Positions 36,366-50,840 are shown, counted from the first letter of the stretch. The stretch is 64,000 nucleotides of DNA from Octopus bimaculoides (GCF_001194135.2 NC_068988.1:64395742-64459741), one strand, 5' to 3'. Notes: a model not told the origin generated them from the letters alone. Made by a program: numbers and translations.

Positions 36366-37155
36366 CTACAGACACATCTGCATCTGCATGCTCAGGATAT
36401 TGTCACATTTTGTTCTTAAAGTTTATATATATNNNNNNNNNNNNNNNNNNNNNNNNNNNNNNNNNNNNNNNNNNNNNNNNNNNNNNNNNNNNNNNNNNNN
36501 NNNNNNNNNNNNNNNNNNNNNNNNNNNNNNNNNNNNNNNNNNNNNNNNNNNNNNNNNNNNNNNNNNNNNNNNNNNNNNNNNNNNNNNNNNNNNNNNNNNN
36601 NNNNNNNNNNNNNNNNNNNNNNNNNNNNNNNNNNNNNNNNNNNNNNNNNNNNNNNNNNNNNNNNNNNNNNNNNNNNNNNNNNNNNNNNNNNNNNNNNNNN
36701 NNNNNNNNNNNNNNNNNNNNNNNNNNNNNNNNNNNNNNNNNNNNNNNNNNNNNNNNNNNNNNNNNNNNNNNNNNNNNNNNNNNNNNNNNNNNNNNNNNNN
36801 NNNNNNNNNNNNNNNNNNNNNNNNNNNNNNNNNNNNNNNNNNNNNNNNNNNNNNNNNNNNNNNNNNNNNNNNNNNNNNNNNNNNNNNNNNNNNNNNNNNN
36901 NNNNNNNNNNNNNNNNNNNNNNNNNNNNNNNNNNNNNNNNNNNNNNNNNNNNNNNNNNNNNNNNNNNNNNNNNNNNNNNNNNNNNNNNNNNNNNNNNNNN
37001 NNNNNNNNNNNNNNNNNNNNNNNNNNNNNNNNNNNNNNNNNNNNNNNNNNNNNNNNNNNNNNNNNNNNNNNNNNNNNNNNNNNNNNNNNNNNNNNNNNNN
37101 NNNNNNNNNNNNNNNNNNNNNNNNNNNNNNNNNNNNNNNNNNNNNNNNNNNNNNN

Positions 37156-37202
<47 letters not shown>

Positions 37203-37975
37203 TACATACATACATACATACACACAAACATATACACGCATACAAACATATCCTACTTCTACAACATACATACACATACATGCACAGTCTACACACACCA
37301 CGAGTTACAAGCTTGAACAAGTCTATCAATCAAAGTACTACAGCATAGACGTTAACCCAGTGACACACTTTCTATGATATTGCCTTTTACAAGAATTTCC
37401 AGGCAATTAAATTCCACCAATCGTGTTCTTACCAAACATTTAATAGAATTAAGGTTTAGCAAAACGATTTTGTCATGCCGCATCCGTGTCTTTCCAACTA
37501 CGTATTAACACATACATATATACACAAATACGTGTATTTGTGTGTGTATATATATATATCTATATCCAATTAAACCACATATATTCTTACACATACACAC
37601 GCGTACACATATATATGTTATATACGTATGATGCATACATACTTAAATACATACACACGCACGCACGCGCGCGCACACACACATATATATACATGTATAT
37701 CTGTATGTGCATATATGTTTGAATAAATGTGTGTGTGTATATATATATATATAGATATATATATATATATATTCACCTAGACGTATATGCATATATATAA
37801 TTATGCATAATTATTTATGTATGTATACACATGTGTGTGTGTACATATCTAACGAATTAAATACATATTTGGATGTATTTGTGTGTGTGTCTGTGTGTGT
37901 ATGTGTATACAAAATCAAGGATAGAGATACGCATACTTATAGAAGTATAAATGTGTGAGCGTGTATGTGTGTATG

Positions 37976-38063
<88 letters not shown>

Positions 38064-38492
38064 CAGCAGGATGTCAGCCAAAATCTCATAGACATATCGG
38101 TGTGTACACACACTCGAACAGAATGAAACACATCCAATCAGAGAGACACACCAGAGATTTCATGTTTGTTTCTATACATATGATCACACACAAACATACA
38201 CACACATCCACACACACACACGCACACATCCACACACACACACACACGCACACATCCACACACACACACACACCCACATATCTTCTGCCTGATCGATAGA
38301 CATTAGTTATAAACATTAAAGGATGAGAAGATATCTATCTGTCTACGCACCATATACACATCCTGGCCTACGCAGTCTCAAATTCACAAATGAACACACA
38401 CGCACACACACACACATACACACACATTTTTATATACACGCACGCACAAAGGCATGTAGATATATATGTCTTTATGTATTTAATGTATGTGT

Positions 38493-38525
<33 letters not shown>

Positions 38526-38578
38526 CGCACACATACACCCATAAGCACTATGCATACACACATACACATGTAAAGCAT

Positions 38579-38615
<37 letters not shown>

Positions 38616-38680
38616 AACATTTATATATATATCTACTGGATACATATATATATATATATCCACACGTGTGTCTATATGTC

Positions 38681-38712
<32 letters not shown>

Positions 38713-39087
38713 CGTGCGTGTGTATTTGTGTGCGCGTGCGCGATTTTCTTTCTTGTTTAATGTTTATAACTAATGTATATCGACCGGTGTTTGGCAGTAT
38801 TTATTCACATTTTTATACGCTGCAATGGTTAATCGAGGCATTTAATTTACGCCAAAGTGAGCCACTAAATTTATTGTTAATATTAACACCCTTAATTCTC
38901 ACCCGCTTAACGCACCAACCCTTCGTTTTATTTTGTCGACTTAAAACACGTATATGTTCGTAATGGCGTGTGTAACGCGTGGATGTTTGTACGTTCGTAT
39001 GTACGGAAGTACATACGTATTATATGACATCCGTACATCCTTATATACAGGCAAATCATTATGCGTGTGTGTGTGTGTGTGTGTGCG

Positions 39088-39141
<54 letters not shown>

Positions 39142-39589
39142 NNNNNNNNNNNNNNNNNNNNNNNNNNNNNNNNNNNNNNNNNNNNNNNNNNNNNNNNNNN
39201 NNNNNNNNNNNNNNNNNNNNNNNNNNNNNNNNNNNNNNNNNNNNNNNNNNNNNNNNNNNNNNNNNNNNNNNNNNNNNNNNNNNNNNNNNNNNNNNNNNNN
39301 NNNNNNNNNNNNNNNNNNNNNNNNNNNNNNNNNNNNNNNNNNNNNNNNNNNNNNNNNNNNNNNNNNNNNNNNNNNNNNNNNNNNNNNNNNNNNNNNNNNN
39401 NNNNNNNNNNNNNNNNNNNNNNNNNNNNNNNNNNNNNNNNNNNNNNNNNNNNNNNNNNNNNNNNNNNNNNNNNNNNNNNNNNNNNNNNNNNNNNNNNNNN
39501 NNNNNNNNNNNNNNNNNNNNNNNNNNNNNNNNNNNNNNNNNNNNNNNNNNNNNNNNNNNNNNNTATATATATATATACACACATATATA

Positions 39590-39639
<50 letters not shown>

Positions 39640-40015
39640 CATACATACATATATATATATGTGTGTGTGTGTGTGTGTTTACTCATATGCACATATGTAA
39701 AACAGCCATATATATATTTGAGTCCGTACACATACATATGTTTGCGCATATAAATATATATATATAATATGCACCATTTATATACGTATATCATGCATAC
39801 ATACACACATGCATACATACACACACATATACACATACCCATATACACACATACTGATAAATGTCGACATATTTACCTACATATTGAACTACAATATACG
39901 AGAGTAAATTTTTATATACAGATGCAATCTTACAAAAAGATTTTAAGGAATTTCATCACGATACAGCCACTCACACACATAAATACATGGACACACACTC
40001 ACACACACACACACA

Positions 40016-40077
<62 letters not shown>

Positions 40078-40080
<3 letters not shown>

Positions 40081-40620
40081 CAATGTCATGTCTTATATCA
40101 TAAAAGTATTTGAGCGAATAATTTACTTTCTGATGAGCAAACAATTTTTCCAATTTCAACAAAAATGGCTGACGATGTGACAGTAACCGCTAAAACATGG
40201 TTTCTGGCTTCTACACTAAATTTGATGATATTATAAATATTTGGAGAGCAGTCTCCAATATATCTTGACGTCAGCAAGGCTTTTGATAGATTTAACCACA
40301 GCATATTGTTGACGAAAATTGAAAACCGTGGAAAACTGTTTCAGTGGATTAGGTTTTTTTCAGTAAGAAGAATCCAGCATGTTTTTATTGATGAAATTTA
40401 CTCAAGCTCAAATATTATTTAGTGATGACCCCCACCCCCTGCGCTCCTATTTTCATCCCTCATCATATTTTACACAAGCGGCATCATAAATATTAATCAC
40501 TTCGAAAATCAAAATATTCACAGGCGATTCTAAGCTTCAGAAACATATCAACAGTGGATGTGTTGACTAAATAACACTCCAGTCTATTAAAACTCAACGC
40601 AGTAATTCAATGGGCAAAAC
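40078..40620 (+). pseudogene. CR1/Jockey-group LINE reverse transcriptase relic
   Basis: IKVFERII near 40100; IYLDVSKAFDRFNHSILLTKIENRGKLFQWIRF (40257-40360); KIFTGDSKL at the expected YADD position; frameshifted. Confidence 0.8.
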
Positions 40621-41381
40621 AAAACAACACGGCTGAAAGAGAGAAAAACTGAGATCACCATGTTGGAAAATAAGACGTATTTAAGCAGCCAAATTCTCTT
40701 GCCTGCAGCAGATTGGCATTCCGTTCAGGTGTGGAATGAGTCTTGCTCTCTCAGATATTTAAACGTTTCCAAAATCCGACGTCGTGAGCTTGTAAAAGCT
40801 TTTAGGAGCCTGTAGGAGGCTGTAAGTAGCATGGGGTATCTTGTAGGAGCCTGTTGGCTCGTGGCAGACATGTTACAACGGCCCCAGAATTAAGGACAAA
40901 GTTGAAACAGAAAATTTAATTAGAAGTGATTTCTAATTAACATTTCACTTTTCGATTCATTAAAATTAATTTCTTCCTGTCGCTTCCAACCCTTGAAAAC
41001 CGTTTCTTCCATATGTTTACATAGTAGCTTTGATTTTGGTTCTCTTTGGCTTTCATAGACTAATTCACACATGTCAATCATCTGTTAAATAAATAATCTG
41101 TATGCAATTTAAGTGCGACTTCAAAACAAAATAGATATACACAACATCTAAACAAACATACATTATATATATATATATATATATATATATTATCTTCGAA
41201 ACGTAGAGTTAGAATAGAGGCAGCTGATGAATAATTCCAAGTGGCTTTCTGTTTTCCTATGTGTTCGTTCCGTTGTCTGTAGTTCATTGTTCTAACGTCC
41301 TGTACCCTGATATGCATCTATATACACATGTAGATGAAAGTATATACATATATGTGTGTATACATGCATATATATTTTTTG

Positions 41382-41423
<42 letters not shown>

Positions 41424-41530
41424 TATATATATACCAGAGTAATCACATAAATGCGAAACAAGGTGGAAAAAATAGTACTCGAATACCAGAGGTATATATA
41501 TAGATATAGATAGATGTGTGTGCGTGTGTG

Positions 41531-41705
41531 TTTTATTCTTTTACTTGTTTCAGTCATCTGACTACAGCCATGCTGGAGCACCGCCTTTAATCGAACAAAT
41601 CGACTCCAGAATTCATTCTTTGTCATTCTAACGGTCTCTTTTGCCGAACCTTACAGGGACGTAAACATCGGTTGTCAAGCGATGGTGTCAGGGACAAACA
41701 CAGAC
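41531..41705 (-). mobile_element. SINE family A 3' half
   Basis: ACTTGTTTCAGTCATCTGACTACAGCCATGCTGGAGCACCGCC...CATCGGTTGTCAAGCGATGG. Confidence 0.9.
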
Positions 41706-41780
41706 ACGCAAATACATACATACATACTTACATACATACATACATACATACATAAATACATACATATGGATGGATGGATG

Positions 41781-41846
<66 letters not shown>

Positions 41847-42707
41847 CATTCTCACACGGATATTACACAAGCACTCGTGTGTAATATAGCATCGTAGCAT
41901 ACAGTATGTATTGCACCGTAATATTTGAAGTCAGTTCGATTGTATTGATCATAGCACGGAGTGAAAATTTTATTTTAAAGGAATCGGATATTTAAGCGCA
42001 AAAATTTGATAAATTGTAGATTTCCGTCTGGATCGTAGTCCGAGAGTTATACTTTAATCGCATAATATAATTTGATTAAAGTTAGCTAATAAGAGTTTGT
42101 TGGTGTGTCTACACAGGAGAAAATTCAAGACTTTCTGTTCAAGTGATTGTTTGAAGTTTTAATCATATTTTTTTTTTTTTTTTTTAAGAAAAGAACACTG
42201 CTCTTGTGTAACATTATAGGCTGCCAACTTGGTTCAGGGTATCTCGTAAAAATGTTAAAACATTTATTCTGTCATTTTGTAAGTGTTAAGTATGTGCGCG
42301 AGAACGTATGTTTAATAAAGTGCTGCTGTGACGTTTCATTTATGTCACGGCCAGCATTTTATATCGCACAAGGAAATGGTCTACTGTGAGTTCGACATTT
42401 CGGCTCAGTTACCTTTGTCAGAACGTCTGATGAAGACAACTATACCGAATCTTCGAACTTATCGTGAATGTTTTTCTTAAAGAAAGAAAATAAAGCCTCT
42501 TTAAAAGTATTGAACGACTGTTCAATTAATATTTGACCGATTTACTTATGTATAACAATACATAAAGACAAACAATTTTACATACATACATACATACATA
42601 CGTACATACATACATACATGATAACGATTTGCAAACAAGCAAACTGGTTTGTGTAAGCGCACTCGACGTACACACTCATGTGAAGATGCTCGGAAACTCA
42701 CATTCTC

Positions 42708-42817
<110 letters not shown>

Positions 42818-43337
42818 TCTTTCTCTCTCTTTTTCACACACAATTACACATGTAGACATACTTTACTAGGTGTGTATATAATTATGATGTTACTTGTATT
42901 TAACATGTGTCTTGAAATTCGATGTTCCTTGTAGAACGTGTGTGTATGTGTGTGTGTGTTTGGGTACATGGATAGGTGGGTATGTGCGTGCGTGCGTGTG
43001 TGTGCGTGCTGGTAGATATGTAAGCTATCTGTTTTGAAATGAAATCTTATACAAAATACTTCACCAACCTAAAGATGTTATAATTAGGAAGCGAAATCTG
43101 TAAACTATTATTCCTGTGGTAGAATTTAGTTTAACGGGTGAGGCTCGGACTAAATTCTATTTATCTGCATGTTTGTCTGTCAGTCGGTCTGTTTGTTGGT
43201 CTGTCTGTCTCTCAGTACATCTGTCTGTTAGTCTGTCCATACATGTGATCTGCCTTTCTCTGGGTATCTGTTTATCTGTTCCTGTTTCTATATATTTTCT
43301 TGTTCTATTGACATTTCCCTGTTTCATTGGTCCACGG

Positions 43338-43686
43338 CAGTGGTTCTTAACCGGGGTCCATATAGCCCCTAAAGATCCCATATAAGATTTTGGTGGGATC
43401 CTTGCTATAAAATACTAAATTGGGGATCCAAAATAGTATTTTTAGGATCCTTGAAAACATTTTGGTTTAGATTAATGTATTGGTATACATTGCAAGAAAC
43501 AGCCAGGTTTCTTTCCCTAACATTTTACGTAGTTCAACCTAAACAAGTTATTGTGCGGAAAACAAACTAGGATTTCAAAGAACTTTCTATAAAACTAGTT
43601 TTTAAACATCGAACAACTATGGAGGTCCACTGCAATCAAATAGTTATTAAAAGGGTCTATACGTGAAAAATGATTGAGAAGCCCTG
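43338..43686 (+). mobile_element. hAT (Charlie-like) MITE
   Basis: TIRs CAGTGGTTCTTAAC / ATTGAGAAGCCCTG; flanks gtccacgg and gtctacag (6/8); homologous to 6419-6739. Confidence 0.85.
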
Positions 43687-44219
43687 GTCTACAGACATGA
43701 GCAGATTTTTATTCAGTTCTAGCATTCAAACCGCTTCTGTGCGCGCAGTCGCGTAGTATGAGGGTTGCCAGTAAAGGCCCTAACCTGTGGACTTTAAAGC
43801 AATGTTGTGTCAGCAGTATTATAACACCACCATCCTCCAGGTAAATCAGTGCACCGAGTCCCTTATAATGTCAATCTATTACCAGCAAATCACAGCATAT
43901 ATAAATTAGAATTTGGACCCTGAGACCCGTGAGACTGCCCAGTGTGCCTCGTGATTTAAGGTGGCACTGAAACAGGAGGAAGAAGACGGGTTTCCGCTTT
44001 ACCATGCACCAATAATCCACGTTTTTTGCTGCTTCGCTTTTCAGCGACTTCGGCTCACCTCATCGGTCGTGGATAAACATCGGTGGCGAAGAGGAGAGAA
44101 TGAGGGGAGAGACTTACATGAAGTCGGAGGCAACTGCTTGTTTTCGTCAACAAAATCTTCCTAAAGACTGCATATGCACGTGAAAAAGAATAGTTAACAT
44201 TTAATCGACGGAGGCCCTA

Positions 44220-44590
44220 CCGTCCTCGATGTAGACCTATAATCGAAGGTTTTCCAACCGTGACCGTTCCGTCATGTTTTAAACATAGTCAATCAAGGAA
44301 TACATTATACAAAATATCCTTCCTTCTTACTGTAACCGTTCTTGTTCAATCTCTATCATTTAAGTAGACCTGCAATCAAAGAATTCCCAGCTGTGACCAT
44401 TCCGTCATTTTTAGGCATAGTGTATCTAGGAATACATTATCTGATGTCCTTTATTCTTCTCCTGTTTATCATTGTTACTTAGTCTCCATCATTTAAGTAA
44501 ACTTTTAATGAAAGATGTTCTAGTTTGTATCTATATCGTATATTATTCTGACAGTGTATAATTTGAGGGAGGTTCGGCTGCTATTTCTAA
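44220..44590. repeat. Family F copy with an internally duplicated ~135-bp unit
   Basis: GTAGACCT..AATC.AAG..TT.CCA.C.GTGACC.TTCCGTCAT...GGAATACATTAT appears twice in tandem; ends TTTGAGGGAGGTTCGGCTGCTATTTCTA. Confidence 0.75.
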
Positions 44591-44989
44591 TATGTCGGAC
44601 ACCCACGTAGGAGTATTTTCTATTGACCTGTGCCCCTTATTTGTTCGACATACTGATGCAAGATTATTAAATGGCAGAGGTTTTTTTTACTTCGATGACC
44701 TTCTGACGAGTTACAAATGTTACGGTCTACATCTTGGCAAAGCTTTTTCTTGTTGTTGTTGTTGCTGGTGCTGTAGCTGTTGTTGTTGTTGTTTAACCGC
44801 AGGTCAGACCTGATCAAGAAGCAGAACTAAAATCAAAGGCGTTTCTGTGCGGAAGAAGAAGAACAACAACAACAGCAGGAGCAGCAAATACGTTTTGAGA
44901 AATCAGGTCACAAATCTGAGGCGCCTTTTATTTGTAACATCTTGCAAAATGAAAGTTAACCTCAATACTTAAACTTATATGTGAGTGCA

Positions 44990-45055
44990 TATATGTGTAT
45001 GCCTATGTGTGTGTGTGTGTGTGTGAGTATGTATATGTATGTGTGTGTCTTTCTT

Positions 45056-45103
<48 letters not shown>

Positions 45104-45244
45104 TAATATGTATGTATATGTATGTATATATGTATGTGTATGTATATATGTATATGTGTGTAATATATATGTATCTACGTATGTATAGATGTGTATATAA
45201 TATATATATATGTATGTATATGCCTGTATATGTATGTATATGTG

Positions 45245-45335
<91 letters not shown>

Positions 45336-45441
45336 ATGTATATGCATATATATGAATATATATAACATATGTATGTATATGAATATATATATATATAACA
45401 TATGTATGTATATGATTATATATACAACATATATATACAAC

Positions 45442-45473
<32 letters not shown>

Positions 45474-45593
45474 GTATGTGTATGTATATGCATATATATG
45501 AATATATATAACATATGTATGTATATGAATATATATATAACATATGTATGTATATGATTATATATATACAACATATATATACAACATATATAT

Positions 45594-45665
<72 letters not shown>

Positions 45666-45685
45666 TGTATGTATGTATGTACGTA
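44990..45685. repeat. Complex (GT)/(AT)/(ATGT) microsatellite tract
   Basis: Directly visible. Confidence 0.95.
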
Positions 45686-45979
45686 CACGATATTTTCAAG
45701 GGTGCTTTTCCCATTTTATGGCTGTTCCACATAGCTGCAAATCACATGACCACATCCCACACATGTTGAATAAGCTACAACAGAAATAATAGTGGATGAT
45801 GGAGCGAGAGGGATGATAGGTTGGGGTGGGGCTATGTGTGGAGGGTGATGGGCAACGATTTTCAGAACTCCTGTCCTCATTCACCATAAATCCCACGCGT
45901 GCAGCGTAGCATAGCAATTTTAACGTTTGCAGATAGCAAAGAGATCATATTTATGATTAAATGCTGATATATTTACCTT

Positions 45980-46246
45980 CTTGATAAGTAGTACTTCGGT
46001 GTCCAATGACGACAACGCCTGTGTTCTCAGTGATGAGAGCGCACGTGACTCTGCAGTCCAAAGCTGGAAGCACACTGGCGTCCACGGATGTCACAGCGAT
46101 AGTCTGTTGACTGGATTGAGGCAGACGATGCCCTGTGACGACTTTCTCTTGCAGTATCGAGACACTGTCGCCGGTCCTTTTCGAAGGCATCTGCCGCTCG
46201 TGAGGTGAGAGACCGCCGCACCGATTTGTCCGCGGCAGAGGCTTCA
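45980..46246 (-). pseudogene. RTE-clade LINE 3' end with a degenerate C-terminal zinc finger
   Basis: EASAADKSVRRSLTSRAADAFEKDRRQCLDTARESRHRA...YRCDIRGRQCASSFGLQSHVRSH* (stop at 46027). Confidence 0.85.
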
Positions 46247-47059
46247 TACATACATACATACATACATACATACATACATGCATACATACATGCATACATA
46301 CATGCATACATACATACATACATACATGCAGTGGTTCTCATGGCTTCTGATCTTAACTGATTGGAAGTGTTATCATGTACATTGGTATAAAAGATGGGCT
46401 ACAGCAAATATTCTGCTCAATACCACAGATTTGCTTGTCATTTGTTTGACCTTAACCAGTTGAGCATGTCCCTTGGTGGCTGACGATATGCGCATCTCTG
46501 ATCACGAGCGGAAGTAGTGGGGGAGCATCATAGCCATGCGTTGAGTGGAATTTGTTCAACCCCTGTATGCATGTATAAACGTATGTGTGTATGTATGTAT
46601 GTATGTATGTATGTATGTATGTATGTTTGTATGTATATATGTATATACGAGTGTGCGTGTGTGTGTGTGTTTGTGCGTACACACAATATTTGTGTGCATA
46701 TAAATACACGCCTACTTACATACAATTATTTATATATTTATGTATACATGTATGTACGATTGTTTCTGTGTATATCTTGGATAATTTTGTGTTTGTTTGT
46801 TTGCTTGTTGCTGTTTTTCTGTAAAAGAAATCTACCAATTAAACGAATAATTAAATGGTACAAAGCGTTTTGTCACTTATGCCAGATGCAACAATTTCTT
46901 GGGCTGTGTCAAGCTGCGTTATTACACAGCGAAGCGACTCTGCACACTGTGTGCCTATAAAAATCCTTTTGGTATGCGACCTTGGCCACGCTTTTAATAT
47001 TTATCATATATATATATATATATGTATATATTTCCCATCACCTCTTTTAAGGATATATC

Positions 47060-47220
47060 ATTTGTCACTTCAAGAAATTGTATCAACATTGTTCGGCTTG
47101 GTGTATTTAATAATCGTTTTTTATTGAGTGAAAGTTTGTAAGAGCGTAAATGAAGAAGTTTGTGTAAGTTTGGATTATATGTTGTAGAGACAAAAAGTGA
47201 TGTAAAATTATTTAGTCTTG
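47060..47220 (-). pseudogene. Possible Penelope-like ORF fragment
   Basis: LFVSTTYNPNLHKLLHLRSYKLSLNKKRLLN resembles the recalled F.TTYNPNLP..K.I....L motif upstream of the GIY-YIG domain. Confidence 0.4.
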
Positions 47221-47221
47221 T

Positions 47222-47670
47222 TGCCGCAGGTTTACCTTCCCAACACGAGCCAGTGAGACTAGACTGAGAGGACAGTAAGAGGTCTGGCAGTAAGACAGTC
47301 TTTTTCCGTCCCGTGGTGATAGGGCTAAACCGAGAGGACGGTAAAAGACCTGACAGTATGACAGTTTTCCAGTTTCGTGGCAATAGGCTCTTCATCTGGG
47401 ATGCCACATGATGTGACAACCTGCTCCAGCGGCAACTTGGGTGTGTTCAGCTACCAGCCCAGACTCCGCTGCTCGACAATCTGAGAAAGTATCGGGCGCT
47501 CTCTGACAGGTTTATGGCGGAGCCTGTGGCAGTTCAGACTTCCGGTTTTTTCGGTCCCTGGGTCAAATCCCTGCTCACTTCTATCGGGTTGGAAATGGTT
47601 GTCTGCAAGTGCTAGTCTCGTGAGCAATGGCAGCTCGTGTATAGGCACTGCGGAACTACAGCACCCCCTA
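47222..47670 (+). pseudogene. CRE-clade non-LTR retrotransposon relic (restriction-like endonuclease domain)
   Basis: AAGLPSQHEPVRLD*EDSKR, then GLNREDGKRPDSMTVF..LFIWDAT*CD..RKYRALSDRFMAEPVAVQTSGFFGP: the GKRPD / WDAT / KY / P.AVET.G..GP motif series. Confidence 0.85.
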
Positions 47671-47789
47671 TTTCCATTCAATATTATCGATAACATTCAA
47701 TATAATAAATCCTTTTTTCTTTACTTCTTTCTTTATACTTGTACATTATATAATCCTTAAGCTTAATGACAGTATTAAAGAAATGGACT

Positions 47790-47930
47790 CCTGTATTTAT
47801 TTTCATCTTTTTTTAACGTCTTCTACTTATACCATGGTAACGTCTAAGTTGTTGGAACGCAAACAAACCAGCAGCGGTTGCCAAGCTGTGTTGGGACAAA
47901 GACACACAGCAAACTTCTTACCACACACCC
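47790..47930 (-). mobile_element. SINE family A 3' half, degenerate
   Basis: CTAAGTTGTTGGAACGCAAACAAACCAGCAGCGGTTGCCAAGC..GGGACAAAGACAC. Confidence 0.65.
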
Positions 47931-48104
47931 ACACTACACACACAGACACAATCACTCACTCACACACACACACGCACTCACATATATATATATATTCCAC
48001 ACGCACACATACACATACATACATATAAATATATATACACACACACATACACACATACATCCATCCATCCATCCATACATACATACATATGAACATACCA
48101 CACA

Positions 48105-48151
<47 letters not shown>

Positions 48152-48296
48152 CAAGCTGTCAACGATCGTACAGTAGAAACTCGCGGAAGTTTATGAATGT
48201 AACAACACAAGACAAAACAAACTGACGAACAACGAGAACAACAACAATAATAATAAACAATCCAGGCGAGACATAAACAAAACAGAAAGTATCCAG

Positions 48297-48297
<1 letters not shown>

Positions 48298-48371
<74 letters not shown>

Positions 48372-48372
48372 A
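48298..48372. repeat. (AAAG)n microsatellite
   Basis: Directly visible. Confidence 0.95.
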
Positions 48373-48682
48373 AAATAAACACCAAACAAAACAACACATA
48401 ACATGACATAATTAAAACAGTAACATTTACAAGAAACATAGGTTATGTTAACAAACCATTCATTTGAATAGAAAATGTCGCGTGCCAAAACATTGTTATT
48501 ACAACACGCCCAGCGCAACGTTCACACACTTTATTCTGACTCGCTCACATTTTCGCTCATTTCACCAATGTACCCCACCCCGTCTCTGCCCCTCTCTCTC
48601 TCTCCCTCTATCTATTTATCTATCTATCTATTTGTATCCATCTATCTGTCTATCTATCTATCTATTTGTATCTATCTATCTG

Positions 48683-48723
<41 letters not shown>

Positions 48724-50589
48724 TTCTATGTGTCTGATTATGTATAATGTCTATTCAATTATACGTGAGTGTGCGGTCGTGTGCAAGTATAGGTATAAGC
48801 GTGCACGTATGTGTGTGTATGTGTATATATGTATAAGCTTATATGAATGTATATGTGTTTATAAACATATATACACACAAACATACATATATACATAGAG
48901 AGAGCACGCAGGAAAGAGAGACGTGAAATCGCACATACATACATACATACACATAAGAACACGTAACAGTTTATCTTATTCTTTCTCCTTCACTCTCCCT
49001 CCTACTCCATCTCCTCTCTCTCTCTCCTTGGCTGTTTCACTGCCCCCACCTTCTCCCGCTTAACATCCCGTCCCCAAAGGCTTCTTGCTAACATCTGGTT
49101 GGGTTAACTAAAAGAAAGAACAGCGATGACTGTTCTTGATTCATTTAACACTCGTTGAGTTCCGTTTTTTTTTTGTCCTGATTGCATCGCACCTCGCTTT
49201 GAAGCGTGGGTTTTTTGCTACGAACTCTGAAAAACAATAAACAAGTAAGCAGGACAGAAACAAATACACACGCATGCATTTATCTATCTACCATTTATGT
49301 ATGCCTGTGTGTGTATTTGTGCATGCATACATACAAACATACATGCATACTTATACAAGTGCGTACGCATATATATATATATATATATATATATACACGC
49401 GCATACATTTTGTTTCGGGCTGTGAGCGGTGAAAAGCATCAATAAAATAAAGAAAGCATATGTGGCATTTTAAGTTTTATAAAACGTACACGCTTTTCGG
49501 TTAATCAACGGAGAGGATTTCACAATTGTTCGTTGCAAATTTCATAATCTTAACAATACGCTTCGTCAGTGGTGGACATATTACGGTTGTGTTGCGCTCT
49601 ACAGTGCACGTATANNNNNNNNNNNNNNNNNNNNNNNNNNNNNNNNNNNNNNNNNNNNNNNNNNNNNNNNNNNNNNNNNNNNNNNNNNNNNNNNNNNNNN
49701 NNNNNNNNNNNNNNNNNNNNNNNNNNNNNNNNNNNNNNNNNNNNNNNNNNNNNNNNNNNNNNNNNNNNNNNNNNNNNNNNNNNNNNNNNNNNNNNNNNNN
49801 NNNNNNNNNNNNNNNNNNNNNNNNNNNNNNNNNNNNNNNNNNNNNNNNNNNNNNNNNNNNNNNNNNNNNNNNNNNNNNNNNNNNNNNNNNNNNNNNNNNN
49901 NNNNNNNNNNNNNNNNNNNNNNNNNNNNNNNNNNNNNNNNNNNNNNNNNNNNNNNNNNNNNNNNNNNNNNNNNNNNNNNNNNNNNNNNNNNNNNNNNNNN
50001 NNNNNNNNNNNNNNNNNNNNNNNNNNNNNNNNNNNNNNNNNNNNNNNNNNNNNNNNNNNNNNNNNNNNNNNNNNNNNNNNNNNNNNNNNNNNNNNNNNNN
50101 NNNNNNNNNNNNNNNNNNNNNNNNNNNNNNNNNNNNNNNNNNNNNNNNNNNNNNNNNNNNNNNNNNNNNNNNNNNNNNNNNNNNNNNNNNNNNNNNNNNN
50201 NNNNNNNNNNNNNNNNNNNNNNNNNNNNNNTATATATATATATATATATATACCCATAAATATACACACATACACACGCATAGATAGATAGATAGATAGA
50301 TAGATATTCTTCATACAGAAGGAGATATCTTGGAGAAAATTGACCATGCCTCGCTAGAGTTGTTAATTTTAATATACAATGCTGAAGGCAATGCTGTGTG
50401 CATAGGAAGAGGTATTAATAATAATAGCAAGGAAGTGTTTGTCTTGGCGAGGTGTTAGTTTGGTGGTGGTGGTCGTGGTGGTGATGATGGTGGTCGTGGT
50501 CGTGGTTAGTCTTCAGGACGTAGTGTGACAGTAATAGCTATATCGGTAGTCGTAACGACAGTATGATGCTGCAATGTTAAGAGCGATTG

Positions 50590-50604
50590 ACGATGATAAT
50601 GATA

Positions 50605-50644
<40 letters not shown>

Positions 50645-50840
50645 CGATGATGATGATGACGATGATGATGATGACGATGATGATGATGACGATGACGACA
50701 GCAACGACGTCGATGACGACGACGATGAGAAATGAAGAGAAGAAGAGGTTTAACAGCAAAGACGAACAAATGAAATAACCCGAGAGAGGAAAGGGTTGAG
50801 AAACCGCATTTATATCATCTAGGAGTCATCGATGTCTTCG

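Noticed and set aside
44045-44072. Minus-strand CCGATGA-GG-TGAG-CC-GAAGTC as a hammerhead
   Set aside because: Both core boxes are altered and there is no stem I or III
46329-46550. CAGTGGTTCTCA as a hAT TIR start
   Set aside because: No matching right TIR and no homology to the MITE interior; I recall the following sequence as an octopus SINE-body-like repeat, but it is single copy here and unverifiable
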